Shown: one piece after another, positions 11,309 to 23,578 of the stretch
Position numbering within the stretch: position 1 is the stretch's first letter
How the letters are laid out: the number at the start of each line of letters is the position of its first letter
DNA from: Macrostomum lignano
Lineage: Eukaryota
Length of the DNA: 64,000 nt
Direction: 5' to 3'
Assembly (NCBI GenBank): GCA_002269645.1
Contig: NIVC01001789.1
Coordinates: 62,001 to 126,000, forward strand
The notes under the pieces: model-generated
What the model was told of the DNA's origin: nothing
What the model saw: only the letters and a program-made list of their open reading frames with translations
The model's database searches: none
Translations under genes and position numbers: made by a program

Positions 11309-11629
11309 CAAGTTGTAGCAATGACTCATTAGCTAATTGACTTGACTTCTGTTCTTTAATTAGTCATCTCTGCTAATTTTTTGCAATGCGATACGATTCT
11401 TAGCCACCCTGTGTTGCGAAGTGATGTGATATTATGATAGAAATTTCACTGCTGTCTTATCTACAAGCTAACTTAACTGTATAGTTTCACAGTAATAGCC
11501 CTCTTATTACACTCTTACCCTTGCGTGGTTTAGACCGGAACTCGCTAGTATCTTTGCGCGCATTTTGTGTTATTGCACATCAGTTTACGCGCGCGCTTAT
11601 TTTGCTGCGTGTATACGTGTATATCATGC

Positions 11630-12500
11630 ACGCTTACTTCATTGAGACACTTAAAAATGCGGGTTTACTATATTGAGACACTTCAAATTGCACGCTTACT
11701 ACATTGAGACACACTTCAAATTGCACGCTTACTTCATTGAGACACACTTCAAATTGCACGCTTACTACATTGAGACACACTTCAAATTGCACGCTTACTA
11801 CATTGAGACACACTTCAAATTGCACGCTTACTACATTGAGACACACTTCAAATTGCACGCTTACTTCATTGAGACACACTTCAAATTGCACGCTTACTTC
11901 ATTGAGACACTTGAAAATTCGGGCTTACTTCATTGAGACACTTCAAATTGCACGCTTACTTCATTAAGACACACTTCAAGTTGCACGCTTACTTCATTGA
12001 GACACTTGAAAATTCGGGCTTACTTCATTGAGACACACTTCAAATTGCACGCTTACTTCATTGAGACACTTCAAACTGCACGTTTACTTCATTGAGACAC
12101 TTGAAAATGCGGGCTTACTTCATTGAGACACACTTCAAATTGCACGCTTACTTCATTGAGACACACTTCAAATTGCACGCTTACTTCATTAAGACACACT
12201 TCAAGTTGCACGCTTACTTCATTGAGACACTTGAAAATTCGGGCTTACTTCATTGAGACACACTTCAAATTGCACGCTTACTTCATTGAGACACTTCAAA
12301 CTGCACGTTTACTTCATTGAGACACTTGAAAATTCGGGCTTACTTCATTGAGACACACTTCAAATTGCACGCTTACTTCATTAAGACACACTTCAAGTTG
12401 CACGCTTACTTCATTGAGACACGCTTCATAATGCGCGCTTGTGTCACTGAGACTAACTTCAAAATTCAAGCTTACTTCATTGAGACACTTCAAGTGCGCG
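11630..12500. repeat. ~33-bp minisatellite ending just before the COG7 terminal acceptor
   Basis: TGCACGCTTACTTCATTGAGACACACTTCAAAT with 31-bp variants. Confidence 0.95.
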
Positions 12501-12530
12501 CTTACTCTACTTTTCCCTCCTTGATCCCAG

Positions 12531-12839
12531 GCCTCGGCCGGCATAGAACTGTGGATCGAATGCGTGGCGGCGCACACTATGGACAAGTTCGTTGATCGGG
12601 CCATGGAAATTCCCCAGCTAACCGCCAACTCGGCTGTGCAGCAGCTCATTACTGACGCCAACTATCTAGCCAGCTGTCTGGACGATCTGGGCGTATCCGC
12701 TAGCGATCGACTGCAGGCCCTGCGCGACTTGGTCTCAGCCGCCGACTCTACCGCTTTCCATCGGCGCGCCGCCGAAGGCGCCCCGCGTCGGATTGTGTCA
12801 GCGGTGGCTCGGATGCGCGACTTTGGCGCCGCTAATTAA
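12531..12839 (+). CDS. COG7: COG7 terminal exon
   Basis: Polypyrimidine tract plus CCCAG| at 12530, phase 0. ASAGIELWIECVAAHTMDKFVDRAMEIPQLTANSAVQQLITDANYLASCLDDLG...PRRIVSAVARMR* parallels the COG7 C-terminus (W..S+A..TM..+...I..IP.L.......QL.TD..YL...+D.LG). Confidence 0.88.
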   Translation, partial: ASAGIELWIECVAAHTMDKFVDRAMEIPQLTANSAVQQLITDANYLASCLDDLGVSASDRLQALRDLVSAADSTAFHRRAAEGAPRRIVSAVARMRDFGAAN

Positions 12840-12954
12840 CCTGTTGTCGTTTTCTGTTTAGCTCGCTAAGTTTATGAGTTGGCTGGCAAAGGTTGATTGG
12901 CTCCCTCATACAGTAGCTTTGGCGCCCCCTGCCCCTGTCACCCCCTCAAGTGCA

Positions 12955-13815
12955 ATGGCGCCCCCATCAGTTACGAAATTGCGCCTCAATATATTGAAAT
13001 GGGGCCGCCGCCCCCATCAATCGAAATAGCGCCCCCATAAATTGAAATGGCGCCCCACCAATTGAAATGGCGCCCCAACAATTGAAATGGCGCCCCCATC
13101 AATTGAAATAGCGCCCCAATCAATTGAAATAGCTCCCCCACCAATTGAAATAGCGCCCCCATCAATTGAAATGGCGCCCCCACCAATTGAAATGGCGCCC
13201 CACCAATTGAAATGGCGCCCCACCAATCGAAATAGCGCCCCCATTAATTGAAATGGCGCCCCAATCAACTGAAATGGCGCCCCACCAATTGAAATGGCGC
13301 CCCATCAATCGAAATGGCGCCCCCACCAATTAAAAAGGCGCCCTATCAATTGAAATGGCGCCCCACCAATTGAAATGGCGCCCCCACCAGTTGAAATGGC
13401 GCCCCCACCAATTGAAAAGGCGCCCCATCAATTGAAATGGCGCCCCACCAATCGAAATGGCGCCCCCATCAATTGAAATGGCGCCCCACCAATTGAAATG
13501 GCGCCCCATCAATTGAAATGGCGCCCCAATCAACTGAAATGGCGCCCCACCAATTGAAATGGCGCCCCATCAATTGAAATGGCGCCCCACCAATCGAAAT
13601 AGCGCCCCCATTAATTGAAATGGCGCCCCAATCAACTGAAATGGCGCCCCAATCAATTGAAATGGCGCCCCAATCAATTGAAATGGCGCCCCAATCAATT
13701 GAAATGGCGCCCCAATCAATTGAAATGGCGCCCCCATCAATTGAAATGGCGCCCCATCAATTAAGATGGCGCCTCAATAAACTGAAATGGTGCCTCCCCC
13801 CTCAGTTGAAATAGC
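12955..13815. repeat. 20-21-bp minisatellite (CAATTGAAATGGCGCCCCAY)
   Basis: Direct inspection. Confidence 0.95.
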
Positions 13816-15787
13816 TACCCAATGTACCCTCAGCATAAATTAGAAAGTCAGAAAAGACAGTAATCTAGGTTTTAATGCAAATATACTAAATGTTCATATT
13901 TCTAAACTAGCCTTTTCTGCACCTTCCCTCAGCCTTTAGTTTCTGTCTCTGTTCCTATGTAAACATGTAAACATGGGTTTGGGCTATTATTGACAGTTGG
14001 CACCAGTGTTTACGCAAGCAGCCAAGTTCAACTGTGGGACCGGAAGTAAACCAGCACTGCAGATCAACATTCCTGTAATATTTGCAAGTTTATTACTTTT
14101 TTCTGGGTAAATAGTATGATATGTTAGATCCTTAAGTTGCGTTATGAATATTATTGCTTAGCTTACTATAATAAATTAAAACCATATTTGTTGGCTAGCT
14201 GTGTTTCAACAAGACGATAACTTGAAATTTAATTTTTATTTATCACCACGATAATTAGTTGTAGTTATGCTCAGTTCAATGTATAGCCATAGAATTTTTA
14301 TTTGTATTATATGCACTTTTCTATATTATATATATATGCCTCCTTTTCTATGCAATACAAAAATACCCTACAGCTGCCGTGTTAACCCCCCAACCCAAAA
14401 TACGGTCGCGAATAGAGAATTCGGGGCAATTTTAAGTGGAAGTGCCCACTTTATACTATGAGTAAATATCGCTGCAACCCAAGGGTTTGTGAGAGAGAGA
14501 GAGAGAGAGAGTTGTGAGCTCAAACTTACCTTACTTCTCTTCAACTTCAGTACCTATCTATGCCAAAAGGCATTTGGCTGCAATATTGACAATTCAATGG
14601 TTTCTGACTTGAGGCTTGACTGCCCGCTTAAGGCTCGCGTATATTCCCTGCTCAATTTTTGCTATGGATATATTGAATTCCACTATCTTATCCGTGGTTT
14701 CCCGGTTGCTTTAGTAATTTATTCTGATTGTTAGGGATCAAATTATAAAACTCTCTAACTCCAACTGGGTTACTAAAAACTTGGCTATTTTAAATACAGG
14801 ATACAAATGTACCCTAATGTACTTTTAGTGCGCCGGTCATTTTAGCACATTTTTGCACAGTCATTAAACAGAATCAGAGTAAAGGTTCAGATCAGAGTCA
14901 GGTCCGCTGTACACGGAATTCTTCGAATTATGAGAAACAACCACATGTTTCAAATGAACCCTAGCATGTGCACATACTCAACAAAATTGAAACACTGAAA
15001 AACTCTAGTCAGTGTCAGTTTAACCTGACTAGGCCTCGCTCCTGACCTGATGATGGGACAGTCAGCTTCGTAAGAGTCGTCTCCCTTCCCCCACTTACTA
15101 GTTAAGACTGCTGCTTTTAATTTTTTAGATTAAAAGTTTATTTTTTTAAACGTTTTTTTCATTAAGGATGTGGTCTAAAATTTTTTGCCAAGAACAACTT
15201 ATTTTATGAAGATTCGACAGTTAAACAATGATAACACTAAACGATGAACACGTTAAATGGGTCTCTGCAGATCTTAAAAAAAAATCCGTTGAAATCATTC
15301 ATTTTCGCGCGCCGCATTTCTGAAGAGTGGCACGCTTCTCTATTGCAGCCAGTCTTCTTTTAATATCAAAAGTGTGACAAATATGATGCGCGGTAGCTTA
15401 ACGACTAAAATCTTGAGAGGTCATTCACAAGTTCACCTCTCTGCCAGATGCTTAGGTCTCTAGGTCGAATGATGATTTTCCATTTTTCTTAGGCCTAAAA
15501 ACTATATGTTGCTCTATCAGTTTCCTCTGCACTATAATATACTTCGGGGCCCTTCACTAAAAAAGTAGTGTGCACGCGCACGCATTTCGGAGTCATAGAC
15601 ATTGATTGATTGACCATTCTGTGTAAGTTCTGTGGTCTAAGCTAGACTGAATAATTTGACTTAAGTCAGCTTCAAATAGGTCTCAATTACTTCATTAAGA
15701 TCTGTAACGATACTTCAACTTAAATTATTTTATAGATATTCAACCTATGTACTAATTCTCTGCAACTTTGCAGCTCTCGCCCAACCC

Positions 15788-16930
15788 ATGGCTACAAATC
15801 CTTCCAACGCGGCGGCGGCAAAGCTGGTCGCAAAGCGTCAAAAAGCCGAGAAAGCTGCACTGCGCCGCATTCGAAAGTGCATGCAGCCGCGCGAGTGCTT
15901 GAAACACGTCGCCGTATTGCTGGACGATCGCATTGCCAATGACCAGCGGCTTGGCCCGTCGATAACCGGCTGTCTGAACGGGCAACAAATTGTTCCATTA
16001 GACGCCGACGAACAGCGACTGTTGCCTCTGCCCGCTATTCGCTGGCGTAGAAACGTTCACGCGTTGGACCCGGCCGCGTTTGCCGATCTGGCTCACGACG
16101 CTTTGCCATCGTCGCTAGCTGCTGCTTCAGTAGAATTTGAAGAGCTCGAGTCCGATTCCTTGCTAATAATGGACGGTCGCCAATTAGTTGAATTGATTCA
16201 GCAGAAGCGGCAGAGTGAGCTGAGCTCATTAGTGTTTCCCGAGCAGCTTGTCAGCACTAATCGCTGGTCGCCCAGTCTTGTCGTTTATGATCTGGAGCTT
16301 CACATAACCCAGTCCAGCCGAGCCGCTGAAGGCAACGCTCTGCGTGCAAAGATGCTGGCCAATTCCGATAAGCCAGCAGCGCCGCCAGCTAAGAAGCCCA
16401 AAGCTAGCACAGCTGATCAGGTCACTCGACTCCAGTGCGAGGAAGCCTTCGTCTCGCTGCAGCTGACTCGCGGTGTCACTGTACGCGTGCTAGAGGACCC
16501 AGTTCAACTGGGCAAACTGGTCTACTGTCTGGCCAAAGCCATTGCCGAGCGGCCTTTCAAAGCTGCCAGACTTGAATCCGTCTTCTCGTTTCACGTTGGC
16601 GCCGGTGTTGGCGCCGGCTGCCGGCTGGAAGAGAGCGCGGACGGAGGCTCGCCAGCTGGCATTGACGAGCTGTGGCGCTGCCAGCTGCAGTGTTTTCCTT
16701 TGGTTACGGCCGAGGTGGCTCGGACAATAATGCGAGCCTACCCGTCGCCTGGCCACTTGATTCGGGCCTACGCCGGGTGCGCCAGCGCCGAGGAGGCCGT
16801 CAGACTTGTGGCCGATCTGCAGGTGTGCAAAGGCACCGGGCCGCTTAGCACTGCCAGGCGACTGGGACCGGAATTGGGGAAACGTATTTACGCGTTTTAC
16901 TCGTCTCGCGATCCGAATCAGGTGCTTTAG
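15788..16930 (+). CDS. EME1: Crossover junction endonuclease regulatory subunit EME1 (single coding exon)
   Basis: PRECLKHVAVLLD, EEAFVSLQL, AKAIAERPFK, LWRCQLQCFPLVTAEVA..IMRAYPSP..LIRAY, VADLQV, RRLGPELGKRIY follow the EME1 ERCC4-like plus HhH2 pattern. Confidence 0.92.
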   Translation: MATNPSNAAAAKLVAKRQKAEKAALRRIRKCMQPRECLKHVAVLLDDRIANDQRLGPSITGCLNGQQIVPLDADEQRLLPLPAIRWRRNVHALDPAAFADLAHDALPSSLAAASVEFEELESDSLLIMDGRQLVELIQQKRQSELSSLVFPEQLVSTNRWSPSLVVYDLELHITQSSRAAEGNALRAKMLANSDKPAAPPAKKPKASTADQVTRLQCEEAFVSLQLTRGVTVRVLEDPVQLGKLVYCLAKAIAERPFKAARLESVFSFHVGAGVGAGCRLEESADGGSPAGIDELWRCQLQCFPLVTAEVARTIMRAYPSPGHLIRAYAGCASAEEAVRLVADLQVCKGTGPLSTARRLGPELGKRIYAFYSSRDPNQVL

Positions 16931-17273
16931 TCGGGAGCCTGATTAATTATACCCTGAATTATTGGACTTCTCGTCGGTTCTGTACTTGTATTCGTATACA
17001 ATATACATGTTCAAAAGCATTTCCAATTTCGGTCTGTCAAAATTAACCGCTAATATTTCTATTGAATCTCTTTAAACAGTTGCGGCCTAGTTTTTTAATT
17101 CGTCTTTATCTATTTGTACATAGATCAATTAAGAATACTTTGCACTTTGCAGGTATATTTTATTATTACTAACACTTAAACCGGTGCATTGTCAATATAC
17201 ACAGATTAATGTCTGACACATAGAGTGAGCACACCATTGAATGCAGAGTGTTGCTCCGAATGAACACTATAGA

Positions 17274-18355
17274 TTAAAAGTTCAGGTTGCAATTTATAAT
17301 GGGTAAAATTGAAGAAATTTTCAAAGCACTAGAAGTTAGCATGTGATGCTTGTAGCTCAAATGCATAAACCTGTGGACCGTGTAGGAACCATTCGGAATC
17401 TGTTTAGTCTCGAAATTTGTGCGGTTCAGTCGCCTGCAATGGTCCTGTTTCGGCTTAGACAGCTTTTCTGGTGCTAGACAGAGCTTCTTTAGTCTGTCAG
17501 GAATCCATGCCACGTCCCAGATGGGCTGGAAGGCGTCTGCCTCGGCCAGCATGTTGCCGCACCAGTCGGCAGGTCGGTCGCTCTTCTTCAGAGCCGTGTA
17601 CTTCTCGTAGAATGTGTGCAGCATTCTGGGTCCCGTGACGTGCACCGCATCGTTATGAACTCTCTTGGTGTTACTGGCCCAATTCTGCTCGAACCATTGC
17701 GGCCAGTTTGTTAGCACGAAGCTCAGGAAGCTGTGATTCGCTCGGCTCATCATCACCGCATTCGAAATCAGTGCCGGAAGATTGAACGTGAAGACTGCGT
17801 GCTCAGTAGGCTCCTGACTCCACACTGCTGACTCACAGTCGAAGTTCGGAGTCAGCCCCACTCCCTGAAGCTGCGACGGTCTTAGCAGCGGTGTCGGATC
17901 TCGAAGCAGCTCCACATCCGTGTCGATGTACAGACCGCCGACGTGGTGCAGCACAACCAGACGGCCGATGTCCGATCGCTCCAGCCCGTTGACCAGCTTG
18001 CGGTAGCTTTGAACAAGGTACGGATAGTGCTTCGAGATGAGCTCGGAGATCTGCTTGTCGTCCCAGTGCATGAAGTGCCAGGCCTGGATTCGGCTACCGT
18101 TACTCAGCCGTGCCCAGGAGCGCACAATGGGAACCAGCTTGGCTGGCACTCGGCCGTCTTTGCTGGTCCAGTGCACCAGCGCCGGGATGGAGTCCGGGAA
18201 CTGGGAGGGCAGCTCGCTGCAACTTGAATTCTTTAAGGCTGACGAATCGTTTTGCCATTCTGATTGAGTATTTGTAGTTGGCCTTTTATTTAGATAGATT
18301 ATCAGCTGTATCGCAATCGTCAGTATTATTAGAAGCATCAGTTTTCGGCTATTCG
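17274..18355 (-). CDS. GT32 (DXD) glycosyltransferase paralogue 1, exon 2
   Basis: TM segment, IPALVHWTSKD, RSDIGRLVVLHHVGGLYIDTD, ISNAVM, TGP. Acceptor TTTTTAG| at 18356, phase 1. Confidence 0.9.
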
Positions 18356-18763
18356 CTAAAAAGATATAGATGGTAATCACAGGTATAGTTGCAGTCAAGG
18401 GCGTTGCCAGAGAGAGGGGTCTATACGGTCAATTGAAGGCTTGTTCTAGCCACCTTTTACTGCAGCCTTCTTTAACAATACTTCTCGACCTATTACATGT
18501 ATAACCCGACTATTCCACTAATCACAGACACAGCTATACTAACTTGCCATGGAACTTCAGTATTTCTTGATTCTGTACCCAGCGCTAGAGTCGTCGATTG
18601 CGGCGGCTTTCGAGTATCGATAGATCAAATTAACAGATGTTTGTCTTTCGGTACGTAGCACTGTTGTTGGCTAGTCAGTCAGACTAAATAAAATTCACTT
18701 ATGTCCAAAAAATTGTTAAAAGGTATATTTGTGCCCACTTGATCCAAACGAGTACATACTTAC

Positions 18764-18797
18764 CTGGGGTACAATATCGCTTTAGTCCATTGGCCAT
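18764..18797 (-). CDS. GT32 paralogue 1, exon 1 (MANGLKRYCTP)
   Basis: ATG, 34 nt, then perfect donor CAG|GTAAGT; phase 1 matches exon 2. Confidence 0.7.
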
Positions 18798-19278
18798 CAC
18801 AATTTTCTCGATCGAGTTTTTATTAGTTAATCCTGATCTTTTCCGCTTTCAATTGCCTTAATTTTACGTCGGCAGCTATACTGTATTGTTTAGATAGACG
18901 AAACATGTTGAAAAAATTTAGTTGACTTTATTTAAAGCTTTCTGTCAATTCACCCCTTGTATGCGCATTTGGACTCCACCCCTGTGCACTGCACTGCCTT
19001 TCTGCCTAGGACATTTTTATTCGGCCAATGAATGAAGCGAGTGTAATAGTGCCTGTTTATCCAGCTGCTATCCATTCACGACTGAGTATGGACTGTACTA
19101 GCTAAATTGCGTTGAACCTGAACGCTGAATCTGCGACTTCTTTTTCTCCATGCTGGTTTAAACCAAAAAGCCAAACCAGGAAGGATAAATTCAACTAGGT
19201 GAACTGTAATAGGGGGGGGGTCTTACAAGCTCAAAATTTCGCCTTGTCGAAAACTCTTGTTAGCTCTTCCAGTCACCC

Positions 19279-19583
19279 GCTAGCTCAGTCATTCTGTCTA
19301 TTAGGCATCAGCGAGTGCAAACCTTCGCGAAAATGTCAACCCCTACTAATTGCAGCGTTTTTTCGGTGTTGCACGTACGTCTGTTCCATTAAATATGTAA
19401 ATATGTACTAAACATATTTACAAGGCTAGCTCAAAACTAAGCATTAAACAGGCTAGCTCAGTCATTCTGTCTATTAGGCATCAGCGAGTGCAAATCTTCG
19501 CGAAAATGTCAACCCCTACTAATTGCAGTGTTTTTTCGGTGTTGCACGTACGTCTGTTCCATTTAATATGTAAATATGTACTT
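19279..19583. repeat. Tandem duplication of a ~130-bp segment
   Basis: GCTAGCTCAGTCATTCTGTCTATTAGG...AATATGTACT occurs at ~19279 and ~19453. Confidence 0.85.
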
Positions 19584-20647
19584 TTAAATTGCATCGTCAA
19601 TTATTGAATCAAAGAAAAAATCGGAAGCAATCATCGCATTCTTGCTGACAGAGCAAAGGTTTCTGATCAGGCAGTTAAAGTTTCGTCATAAGCAATAAGC
19701 AAGCTATGAAAATATCTTTTCTTAGCCCAGTGGAATCTCTCGTATTAGGCACTTAAAGATTGAATGATTCCTGGACGATCACAAAAGCGGAAATGATATC
19801 TGCACTCGCACTCAGATGTTAATCAATTCGTTCGAAATGTAAACTGCAAGTTTAGATGTCTACTTCTAGGTTTGCCGGTCCCTCAGTTGAGCTTCTCGGT
19901 GAGAAATTTGCGTGCTGTCCATGTTCAACCTTACTTAATACTGTGTACACTCCTTATTGTAAGGCTTCTCCCTGTGACATATTTGCCACGAACGCACGCT
20001 CACTCTATATTGAAATTGCAGTAATGGGTTAAATGGGCAAACGCGTCAGTAACTTGATAGTCTATGGCTGTCTTCCATGCATTTGAATGGGGCAAAGTCT
20101 TCTGTAAAACGAGCGAGGTTTGAGATTGCGAGAAAACCGACTTGGCGCTCAGGCCTGACAATCGATATATTTTATAAGCCGAAGATTGAGGTGGGTTTTG
20201 GGTGTTGCACACGCACGGGCGCAACCGCACGTTGCAAGCAACCACCCCCCATACACAAGCACGTACAAATATGACTACGAACAACATTAGAATATTTATA
20301 GGTGCATAGAATGCTCACACTTCAGTAGAGCTTTTAAATGGGGCAGAGGCGTCAGTGCATAGCTTTAAATGGGGCAGAGTCGTCAGTGCATAGCTTTCTA
20401 ATGGGGCAGACGCGTCAGTTAGATGGTTTTGAAAAGAATCACTACTGCTACTACTATTAGTATAATCGATGAATTGATTGATTGACTGCTTTACCTTTCA
20501 AAATATAAGTATTTACCTAAAATACTAAGTGTGGATTTAATTTTATTGAGCGGCGGCAGCAGCGATGGAGTCGAACTGGACAGAAGCCTGTACATATGAT
20601 TTGCCAGTTATTAATTGGATCACCGCATTGTGTGCTGTCGTAACAGA

Positions 20648-21896
20648 ATGTCTCCTTGGCAAGACGAGTTTACTGACAGCGACGACGAGCGCATCGCAGC
20701 TGCATTAGATGAGTACGAGCGAGAGAGAGCCGCTGCTGCCCAGAATACTGCAGGCCCCGTGTCTTCTGTCCGCAAGCGAGAAGTTTCCGCCGATGATATC
20801 CCACCTGCTGGTCAGCCGGCACAGAAAAGGCGGCGGAACGCCACGACGGACGACGATGAAGCCGACGAGTTCAGTGTGCTGGCGTTTAGTGGTGGAGCAA
20901 CGCGGCAGCCACCACAGCCGACACTGCCGTCACAGTCAACTATGCAGCAACAGTCATCCGCCTCCTACGAGCTTGATGAGATGGACTCGGACGACCGGGC
21001 GGCTCTCAACGCCATGCTCGACTACAAGGCGTCCATGAGCCCTGCCGTGCCGCAGCAAAAACCGCCGCCGGAACCTGCTGCAGCTGTCGCCAACCCTGCC
21101 GAGCTCTCAACGCTGCCGAAACCGCCAGAAGTAGCCGCCGAGCTGCATCGTCAACAGCAGCAGCAACAGCAACAGCAGACTGAATGGCAGCGAACGCAGC
21201 AGCGGGAGCCGTACTCGCAAGCAATCTCACGTTGGTCAATGCAGACCATGCCTCTGGCGAGCCAACGACGGAGCTGGAACCGGCCTGAAGCTCGAGCCGC
21301 CGAGGAGCTTCGACCGGACGAACTGTCCTCGTTAAGCTACAGCCCGTCGTCATCTGCTGCACAGTTAATCCGAATGCTACAGCGCTCGGAGTCTGGCAGT
21401 ACCATCAGCAGCAGCAGCAGCAGCAGCAGCTTCAGCTCCCAACGCGGCAGAGGCGCAGCGGCAAACGGTCGACGCAGAGGCGTCGGCGTCCGGCAAATCG
21501 GCCAGAATCCGCTGCTGCAGGCCGACGCGTTCCGCCAACAGTTCACGGTCACTCGATCAGCTAGCCGTTCGCTACCGCTGTATGGTGCCGCTCCGGTACA
21601 GCGGCTGGTTGAGGACACCGGAGTACTAACTGTGCGGCGCTATCTGCACGTCATCCACATCGATAATTTGCGCTTCATCGGTGAGTAGTAGTAGACTGCT
21701 CTTCTCTCTGCTTAACTTTATACTTATGCATGCAACGCCACAACAATCCCATGTACAGGCCGTGCAAAGGTGTACTTGGGCGAGGCGCTCGAGCCGCACT
21801 GCACTGAGTTGCTATTGGCGTCCAGTCCGGAACTTAACGTCGGCATGGACGAGTCGTGTTACCGCCGGCTAGTGGAGGACCCGCTGGCTGTCGACG

Positions 21897-21934
<38 letters not shown>

Positions 21935-22920
21935 CGCACCTTGTCGGGCTACATTCGGCTTGTGACCAACACCGCCGGCTGGCACGTTTACGAGCTGCTG
22001 CACAGACTGCTGCCGGGATCCGAGGTGGGCCGAGGTTTCGTGCTCAACAACCTCACAACGCTGACAGTCTGCGGTGTGCGTTCCCCTGATACGATAGTCT
22101 CACGCAGCACGACGGATACCCGCTCCTGGTCGGCATTGGCGTATCTCAATGCAGCATGCTGGTGCAGGCAACGCGCTGGGTGCTCTCCTACCGCGGACGG
22201 CCAGCCTGCCAAATAATACCGATGGCTTTCTGCTAGCTCACCAGCAGATGCGGGCGGCACTCCTTAGTCCTTACGATGCTTAAGGATATCCAGCGCCAGC
22301 GTCGTATCCGTCAGGAGCGCCCTCAACGCTGCTCGGCTTGCTCAGAAGCACTGAAGCAGACAATGCGACACCTGAAGCGCCGTCAGTGCCCGCTCCGGGT
22401 GGCCGTGTGCAATGCCCTACTCCGGACATCAGGTGTCGTGTACCTTTACGGGCCATCAGGAGTCGGAAAAACCACGGCCGTTGAGCGCCACTGGGGCCTA
22501 GAGTGAATATTCTGCCCAACAATCAAGCCTTTCGGTGGCAACGACTTCATCTTTGATGGGCTCGACATCAACAGGCACTCTGTCATCTTCATTGACGAAA
22601 TTCGGCCCCAATATTTTGAAGGGAGTAGTGACCTAGAAGCGACGCTACTGCGGCTGTTGAATGGGAACTCGTTTCTAATCAACACGAAGCATCAATCGCA
22701 TGTGTACATCGACTGGGCGCAAAGACTCATAGTAGTCCTGGCCGGGCACGCTTCGCCTGAAGAATACAGTCCGGATTTTCAGCGCCGGCTGCGGAACGAG
22801 AATAATGTCGCTATAGAAATGGATCACGACATTGAAGAATGTCATGGGGAGTGCCAGCCAGTACCTGATGGCACCTACGTTGCTGCCGCCGACGATGAGC
22901 CCGACAATGGCATGTACTGA
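20648..22920 (+). pseudogene. CRESS-DNA-virus-type Rep (SF3 helicase) with acidic/low-complexity N-terminal extension; spliced, decayed
   Basis: Intron 21681-21758 (GTGAGT...TACAG) joins ORFs in frame. Walker A YLYGPSGVGKT (GPSGVGKT 22450-73), FDG, Walker B VIFIDE, LLRLLNG..INTK, motif-C region IVVLAG and Arg finger FQRRL lie in one frame with TGA at 22504. Two apparent frameshifts fall between ~22150 and 22280. HUH nuclease motifs are only weakly recognisable. Confidence 0.78.
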
Positions 22921-23044
22921 TCTTTTGATCGATCGATTGATTAATGTTCTGTTTCTTGACTAATTACTTGGCTAGTACTACTACTATTAGAGACTCTGGC
23001 CTAATAACGGTTCTTTGTTTAATAATCAATTCATTTATTCAGCT

Positions 23045-23095
<51 letters not shown>

Positions 23096-23578
23096 TATTC
23101 CCCCCCCCTTCCCCAATGTTTTTGTCGCATAGTTTAAAGCCTTCTTAAGCCTATTGTTCCTGTCTATTGACTATACAGTTTTCCGTTGACTAAAAACTGC
23201 AGGTATGAAGATTTCTTACTTTGATAATAATAATAATCCACAGCAATGGACGGCGGCAGAAGAAAAAGGACGCTAAAATTCAAATGGCGTGCCAAAGCAG
23301 AAAGCTTAGTCTCAATAATAAAATTGATATACCTATCAAGAAGAAAGAAGAAGAAATTACTAGCTAGCTGCTGTTAGGGATGGCTTCGTTCAACGACTTT
23401 AATCTTCCTTGTCTTTACAGTCCAATACATTAATAGTTTATGGCTTTAACTTTGATTACATTTATAAATAACTGATAAATTAACATAATAAATAATAATA
23501 TATAATATAATAATAACATCGAAAAACTGATCGCGCAATATCAAAAGATGAAAAAATTTATAAACAAGGGCTGGCTAA

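Noticed and set aside
2-18797. Functional clustering of COG7 (Golgi trafficking) with Golgi glycosyltransferases
   Set aside because: The genes are separated by EME1 and lie on opposite strands; nothing beyond proximity supports it.
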